Assembly: GCA_964016885.1 (NCBI GenBank)
Contig: OZ024743.1
Location: 203,360,001-203,424,000 of the forward strand
Source of the DNA: Eledone cirrhosa
Lineage: Eukaryota
Direction: 5' to 3'
DNA: 64,000 nt
Below, piece after piece: positions 55,444 to 64,000 of this stretch (the stretch's first letter is position 1; every line of letters starts with the position of its first letter). A model generated the notes under the pieces. That model searched no databases and was not told the DNA's origin. It worked only from the letters and a program-made list of their open reading frames with translations. Position numbers and translations under genes: made by a program.

Positions 55444-58400
55444 AAGTTATAGTAATGAGGTATAAACGTTTGTATTTGTAAAGCCAAAACAATACAGGAA
55501 TGGATATAGAATATAAATGAAAATGCAAAAGATATTGTTGACAATTAGTCTTTTACCTTAAATTTATTTAAATATACTTAATTTTCGAGATAATATCTCT
55601 TCTTCGGAGGGAAGTAAAGTGGTTAAACCAGCGATCTAAATAGCTTGCCAAGTCATGCTGACAGGAAATGGTATAGAGAATCTGTTCTATCTCTAATGTC
55701 AAAGAGTGAAGGTTAGGTGGATAAAGAGTAGTCTCCCTTTAAAAGGGGTTTTGTACGTGTATGTTTAAGTGTGTGGGAGAATACGTGAAGGTTTAAGTAT
55801 GTGAGTGTGTGTGTGGGTGTGAGAAGATAAGCCTATACGTAAATGTGGGGGATAGATGCTCTATCGTGTTAAAACTGGTATTTGTGTGTGTGTGAGAGAG
55901 AATAAGTGGAGGTGTAAGCGCGCGTCTGTGTGTGTGTGTGTGCGTGTGTGTGTGTGTGGGCGGTGGGGTGTAAGTATGGGGCTAGGTGCACTATCAAGTT
56001 ATAAACTGGGTGTTGAGTTCTAGTCTATTATTGATTGGTGGTTGTGTTTTGTCTATAATCAGTGCTTCCTTAATTCTAAGATTGCCGAGGTTTCTTTCCT
56101 TAGTTTCTATCCTAACTGTTATGTTTTCGTCGGTGTTTTTGCATTTCACTAGGTGTTTCTTAAATGAGGAAGCGTTAGTATTGATGTGTTCTTTTATTCT
56201 TATGTGAAGTGGTCTGATGGTGCTACCTACGTAGAAGTTGCTGCATTTGTCGCACTCTAATCTGTATACGACGTAAGCCTGTTGACATAGGTCTGTGTCA
56301 TTGATGGGGCAGTTGGCTAGCCTGCAGCGGCTGTTATGTCTGGTGGAGTGTCGTTTGGTTAGCTGTCCGCGTAGGGAAGGTCCTGAGTGGGCTAGTTGGA
56401 TATCTAGTCCCGCTCGTCTGATAGCTTTGCGGATGACTGTTGTTGTTTCGTCACGCGAGCTTGAAGAAAAACTCACGAGTCTAAAACATTCCGTATTTAA
56501 CATCTTACGGAATCAGAAGATAGCCGCAAACCTCTCAAGGATACAATAACTCGCCCTGAAGAACCTACGGAATCGGGGACTTATATACTTACCATCCGAC
56601 AAAGGTAAAGAGTGTTGTATCATCTCTCAAGCCACATACAACAACCTAGCCTTTGAACACCTAAGCGACAATGAACTATATAGAGAGATCCCGGACATGA
56701 TTGCAGCCCAGATCGAAAAACAGGCCAACTCCATCTGGTTCGACGTCTGTAGGAGAAGACATCTCCCAAATAAAGTTAAGCTCAACTACACCACTAGAAA
56801 TAGCAGACTGTCCACTTTCTACCACCTCATCAGGCCCCACAAGAATAGTACTAAGACACAAATAAGCCCCATCGTCTCTAGCATAGAAGGACACCTATAC
56901 ACAATCTCCTGGCTCCTCTCCCAGGTCTCAAGCCTCTACTCTCCACCTTTGCCGGGCATGTAAGTAGCTCCGACGAAGTCATACGTAGACTACACCAACT
57001 CTAGCCAGAACAACTTAAACTAAATAGATACGCCTTTAGCCTCGACGTTGTCTCCCTCTACATTACAGTCCCCGCTCATCCAGCTGTCGATTTATTGACG
57101 GACTGCGTGATTGCAGGGGACATCCACTGCTACGGCCTCCATCCGATGGACATACACCAGCTTTTGTCCTTCACAATGGACAACACGTACTTCACCTTTC
57201 CACCACCACACATACAGACAGACAACAGGATTACCCATGGGATCCAGCCTATCGGGCCTGCTGCCCATCACCTATATGAACCAGCTAGAATGCCGAGCCC
57301 TCAACACCTGCCATTCCTATACCTTCTTTACCCGATTTGTAGATGACATACTCATCCTTACATCATCCTGCGAGGAGGCGGATAAAATTTACACGACATT
57401 CTCCAGCATGGACGCCAGTATAAAGTTCAGCATGGAACACCCCGATGACCGCGGATCCCTATCCCTACTGGACTTCCAACACAGGGTAACAGAGGAAGGC
57501 AACATCCACACCTGCTTCTATAAAAAAAGCCGCCAGCAAGGACCTGTTCGTACCTTTTAGATCGGCCCTCCCAGCCGGCGCTAAGTTCGGATACATAAGG
57601 AACGAACTACACGTATTCGGACAAATGTACCGACGCTAGAGACCGAGACACACACCACACATTTCCTGGAAGTACTCAAACTGAACGGATACCCGACGTC
57701 TACCACGAACCGTGCCATAAAGAACAGAGGACACCGCACCGAGGCACTAACACCTGCTTCCTGAAGGTCCCAAACTTCAGTGACGAAACAACAACAGCCA
57801 TCCGCAGAGCTATCAGACGAGAGGGACTAGATATCCAGCTAGCCCACTCAGGACCTTCTCTACGCGGACAGCTAACCAAAAGACACTCCACCAGACATAA
57901 CAGCCGCTGCAGGCTAGCCAACTGCCCCATCAATAAGACAGACCTATGCCACCAGGCTTACGTCGTATACAGTTTAGAGTGCGACAAATGCAGCAATTTC
58001 TACGTAGGTAGCACCACCAGACCACTTCACATAAGAATAAAAGAACATCTCAATACTAACGCTTCCTCATTTAAGAAACACCTAGTGAAATGCAAAAACA
58101 CCAACAAAAACATAACAGTTAGGATAGAAACTAAGGAAAGATACGTCGGCAATCTTAACATTAAGGAAGCACTGATTATAGACAAAACACAACCACCAAT
58201 CAATAATAGACTAGAACTCAACACCCAATTTATAACTTGATAGAGCACCTAGCCCCATACTTCAACCCCCTCTCACAGACATGCATACGCACACACACAC
58301 ACACGCTTACACACACACATACACACACAAAGACCAGTTTTAACACGATAGAGCATCTATCCCCCACATTTACGTATAGGCATATCTTCTCACACACTCA

Positions 58401-58692
58401 CACATACTAACACCTTCACATATTCTCCCACACACTTAAACATACATGTACAAAACCCCTTTTAAAGGGAGACTACTCTTTATCCACCCAACCTTCACTC
58501 TTTGACATTAGAGATAGAACAGATTCTCTATACCATTTCCTGTCAGCATGACTTGGCAAGCTATTTAGAACGGTGGTTTAACCACTTGTCAACAATATCT
58601 ATTGTCAACAATATCTTTTGCATTTGCATTTATATTCTATATTCATACCTGCATTGTTTTGGCTTTACAAATACAAACATTTATACCTCATT
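55442..58692 (+). mobile_element. Penelope-like element with ~1-kb inverted upstream arm (55454-56454 mirrors ~57780-58692)
   Basis: RT motifs ILPSDKG, SLDVVSLY, QTTGLPMGSSLSG, RFVDD, SLLD; GIY-YIG VVY.LECDKCSNFYVGST.RPLHIRIKEH present on both strands; flanked by (TA)n; several stops and frameshifts. Confidence 0.9.
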
Positions 58693-58744
<52 letters not shown>

Positions 58745-58747
<3 letters not shown>

Positions 58748-59669
58748 ATAATAATAAAATTTAAGACTAAAATCCAAAGAGGTCTCGATAAGGAAAATAT
58801 ATATCAAATATATAAGAACCGTAGAGCAAATATTTATTAAAATAACAGATTAAAGTTTAAGCAAAGAATCGCTGCTTTCACCCTTAACGGGATCTTCTGA
58901 AACTAACAAAGTCAATCTGTAAACGCAGAACTGGATATTTCAAAAAACGTTGCAACCGGAGGAAGACAGGAAGACGATACTTTGGTTCGTGGTAACGTTC
59001 GCTGGCAAAGAACGGGAAAAAACGAATAATACGTCATTAATAGGAGCGGTGAAAAACAATTACGCGCAAAGATAAAACCACGTTTATGGTATAAAAGAGG
59101 TCGTAGACTAATGTTCTCTTTGGTGGTGCATAGAGACGTTCTCTGGCAATGAACGAAAAAACGAAGATAATAAGTCATATGTGGAGCGTGGAGAACAATA
59201 ACACGCAAAGACAAAAACACGTAAATGGTATCGCAGAAACGTAGACTAAAATTCTAACTAGGAGACCAAATGAATCTCCGCTACATTTACGTGGTTTTGT
59301 CTTTGCGTGCTATTGTTCTCCACGCTCCACATATGAATTATTATCTTCGTTTTTTCGTTCATTGCCAGAGAACGTCTCTATGCACCACCAAAGAGAACAT
59401 TAGTCTACGACCTCTTTTATACCATAAACGTGGATTTGTCTTTGCGCGTAATTGTTTTTCACCGCTCCTATTAATGACGTATTATTCGTTTTTTCCCGTT
59501 CTTTGCCAGCGAACGTTACCACGAACCAAAGTATCGTCTTCCTGTCTTCCTCCGGTTGCAACGTTTTTTTGAAATATCCAGTTCTGCGTTTACAGATTGA
59601 CTTTGTTAGTTTCAGAAGATCCCGTTAAGGGTGAAAGCAGCGATTCTTTGCTTAAACTTTAATCTGTTA

Positions 59670-59676
<7 letters not shown>
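58745..59676. mobile_element. Fold-back hammerhead element, ~390-bp arms (58836-59227 / 59283-59676) plus ~90-bp tail
   Basis: Arms are reverse complements (mirrored 102/100-aa pseudo-ORFs); internal ~140-bp imperfect tandem unit; tail and outer arm match 33520-33690. Confidence 0.9.
59608..59658 (+). ncRNA. Hammerhead ribozyme, U4A core variant
   Basis: Same sequence as 33833-33883; mirror copy in the left arm. Confidence 0.7.
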
Positions 59677-59717
<41 letters not shown>

Positions 59718-60226
59718 ATATATATACATAAATACACATATATATATGAATATATATACATACACATATATAAATATATACTTACGTATATACACATACA
59801 TATATATATACATACATATAGATACATACATATATATATATACATATATATATTCTCACATATATATATACATACATATATACATACATACACATAGATA
59901 CATACCTATTTATACATATATATATATACATGCATATGTACGCATACATATCCATATATACATATACATACATATATATACATGCATATACATGATATAC
60001 ATACATACATACATATATATACATGCATACATACATATATTATATATAAATGCATATATATATATACATATATATAAATACATATATATACATCGTTGGT
60101 GGCTGCCAACTCGTTTTCGAGTACGGACACCACTTTATATCCATGTAGGAGAACCCTTACCGATGCGCTGAACGAGTGATACATACATATACATATACAT
60201 ATACATACATACAAAAAAACTAATAC

Positions 60227-60384
<158 letters not shown>

Positions 60385-61607
60385 ATATAATAGTTATTAG
60401 GGAAAATATATCATACTGTGAAAAGAGGTTTCATAAATCAAAGAATATAATACAGTATTTTAGAGTTATGTCACTTGAAGCTTCTGTCTAAGACAGCCTC
60501 CTACAATGTATTTATTTTCAGTACCATTATAGGTACGAATATTTGATCTATTTCGCGGTTCTGTTAAAGAAATCCACTCAACTTATATTGAATATGGCAA
60601 GATACCGGCATCAACTGAGAGATTCCACATACATAGTGACTTTGATAGTCTCTATCTTAAAAGAAATCAAGGAATAAGACGAGAGGCTTATGATCAGTAC
60701 AGAAATTTTAGAAGAGTGGTGGTGATAGCGGCAGCAGCAGCAGCAGCATCATCACCACCACCACTACTACCACAACTAGTTCATGCAAAAGCGATGTTAT
60801 AGCAAAGGCTATAAAATGAAAGGTTAAATGCCCCAGATTATTTAGTTTCTTTTTTTATATGTTCAGTGTTCAAATCCCACCACAAGTGATTTCAATTTTA
60901 TCTTTTGTGTTCGATTATTTTCTCCTACCAAAAGGAATAGTTTGTATGGCTCCGGGAATTTGAACAGAATTGTTATTTGTATACGTATTTACAGTATTTT
61001 ATTGCATCATTTTTCTGTATTGTGAATGCACTTGGCCTAGCAGTTCATAAGGTTGCTAGGACGATTCCTGGTCGGTGTGATACATTGTGTTCTTGAACAA
61101 AATACTTCAGTTCGCGTTGCTCCTTCTGCCAGGAGTTAGGTCCGGCAGATAAGATCAGAGATGGGAAAAACGAATGAAATCATCGTCTCCATTGTGTCAT
61201 GTAATGAATAGCCTATTTCGTTGTCGTTTTGATTTTATATTATTTTTATTTTTATTTTTTTGTCGTAGCGTTATTTGTGGGGGCAATTTATTCAAGTTTC
61301 GAACACCTATATATGGTCGAACGCATTTAAATATTTATTATTTACAAGTATTTTTTTTTAGTTAAGCACTCTAAATGAAAACGGAGTTGCGGGAACATTA
61401 AAGGACAAAAGTATATGGACAGGGGGCTAGAGAGAATAAAGTTCCTCTCTTGATTCTCACGAATGACAGCCTACTCTATCTGGTTCAAAGCTCAAAAGAG
61501 AAACACATAAACCATAAATGCACAACCACTAACGGTGCTATCATCATATGAGAGTGGTACATACACACAAACACACACGCGCACACACATATATATATAT
61601 ATATGTT

Positions 61608-61686
<79 letters not shown>

Positions 61687-61776
61687 GTATATATATATAT
61701 ATACATATATATTTATTTATATATATATATATATACATATATATTTATTTATATAATTATATATATTATATTTAAT

Positions 61777-61940
<164 letters not shown>

Positions 61941-62265
61941 AGTGTATGTTTACACATAAACACACATATATATATATATGTGAGGTGGGTATCTGTATAT
62001 CAGAATGTATACAAGAAAATTTCCTTTTGCCTTTCTAGACTTAAAAGAAATTCCGACATTTTAAAATGCACCTAAAAATAAAATATATTAATAATCGGAA
62101 ATGAAAGAAAAACATGTCACAATCATATTAATAGTACAAATAAAAAAACAAAAATATATGCTTAAACTAACTAAAAACCTATTTTTATTCGAAACACGAT
62201 GTGAATAAAGTTTAATAAAATATATGAACAAACAACTCGGTAAAATATGTTTGTCTGCTTGTAAA

Positions 62266-62329
<64 letters not shown>

Positions 62330-62335
62330 TACATA

Positions 62336-62401
<66 letters not shown>

Positions 62402-63055
62402 TACGTACATGAATGTGTATATATATATATATGTATATTTATTTATTTATTTATGTATATATATATATACATATTTAATATATATATATACATAGAGAGA
62501 GAGGGGAAAGAGAGAAAGAGAGAAGCGCATGTGTTTGTGAGAGAGAGAGAATTAGGGGAGATACAAAGCAAAGATGAAAATACAAATGAAAAGAAATCAA
62601 TGCTTCAAAGAAAATAGAATACAGGATTAAAAACGTATTTAAGAATTTTAGTCGCAGCATTTTATAAATTCATTCGTAGATTTTGTGAAATGCTTTAAAA
62701 AGAGGATAGAAACTGCCAAAAGATATTTAAGTAAATATGAGAAATGGACACACAATATTGCGATAAGTCAGCCAGAAATACAAGAACACACATAACCATC
62801 AACACATTAGGCATAAACCCGCATTAGATGTACATACAGACATATGCACATATACAAGGATTTCTTTCTATAACTTTACAATTGAATACATGAATTCTAT
62901 ACTTTCGTTATCTTTATATAAGTTTTTGCACACATTTACATGCCTTGGAGTTAAACGGGTTACTTTTTGTTTAGTATTTGTCTATGTTTATCCCAACCCT
63001 TTGTATATTTGTTTATATATATATATATATATACATACATACATACATACATACA

Positions 63056-63212
<157 letters not shown>

Positions 63213-63268
63213 CATATTTATATATATATAGATATTTATATATATAGATATTTATATATATACATATT

Positions 63269-63388
<120 letters not shown>

Positions 63389-63402
63389 GTATATATATAT
63401 AT

Positions 63403-64000
63403 GTTGTTATACTTTGGGAGGGTCATGTTGCCAATAAGAAACACACGCAACAGTTGCTTTCACTTCAATTTATTATATATTTATAAATTTATAAATTTAC
63501 AAACCTACAAACTTATAAATTTCTGGTTGGTTGGTTGGTTCCACAACCAGATGGTTGTTTATATATAGTCATAGTCCTTTCGTCACACACTCTGTGACCT
63601 CTTCAGTGACTGGGGATTCCTTTCTTTGTTTCTGTGCCTTTCCTTTCTTCTATCCTACGCCATTTTGTTTCTGTGTGTGTGTTGTGTGTTCAGTTTGCGC
63701 ATGCGCCACATCCGGGTGTCTGTGTGTGTTTGTGTTCATTTATCTATTTGTTTATTTATTTATTTATTTATTGTTGGTTGGTTGTTTGTTCTATGTGTGT
63801 GTGTTTTCATTTTGTCCTGTGTGTGTTTTCATTTTGTCCTTAATTGTAAGTTGTTTGTTCTATGTGTGTGTGTGTTTTCATTTTGTCCTGTGTGTGTTTT
63901 CATTTTGTCCTTAATTGTAAGTTGTGATGTTGCTGTTCCACTCATATTTTCTATTTAATTTTGGTTGTAATTCTTTTATGCTTACGGCCTCTGTAATTTG
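63403..64000 (-). mobile_element. Probable PLE pLTR / 3' end running off the window
   Basis: Starts at (TA)n, has a hammerhead with AATAAA downstream of it on the minus strand, and nested tandem repeats at ~63782-63922. Confidence 0.55.
63567..63611 (-). ncRNA. Type I minimal hammerhead ribozyme
   Basis: Minus strand: AGTCA-CTGAAGA-gGTCACAgagtgTGTGAC-GAAA-GGAC-TA-TGACT. Confidence 0.82.

Noticed and set aside
58912-59572. Mirrored 102/100-aa ORFs as a small protein encoded by the hairpin
   Set aside because: No recognisable motif and inconsistent starts; they simply reflect the inverted arms.

Overview
Repeat-saturated, AT-rich animal genomic DNA with no convincing host gene. The SINE families and (TA)n density suggest a cephalopod such as octopus, which is an inference. 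Most ORF-track entries are artefacts of (TA)n/(TG)n/(GA)n repeats. The real content is: (i) at least five Penelope-like retroelement (PLE) remnants with RT and/or GIY-YIG endonuclease, two of them with long inverted upstream arms, one forming an ~8.65-kb palindrome; (ii) a ~16-kb nest of two full-length L1/Tx1-group LINEs and two R4/Dong-clade RLE LINEs, all inside one (TAA)n microsatellite; (iii) tRNA-type SINEs, one or two short Helitron-like elements and minisatellites. The most striking pattern is a set of unrelated, mostly non-coding fold-back elements sitting in (TA)n tracts (11.4, 33.6, 38, 41.5, 42-50.8, 50.9, 54.3 and 58.8 kb). Each carries a type-I hammerhead ribozyme motif, usually once per arm in opposite polarity. 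They share one asymmetry: one arm ends flush at (TA)n and the other carries an unpaired tail. About nine different hammerhead sequence families can be folded by eye, including core variants (U3-A8, U4A) and one with a ~115-nt G.U-rich stem II. All structures were folded by eye and none has been tested for activity.
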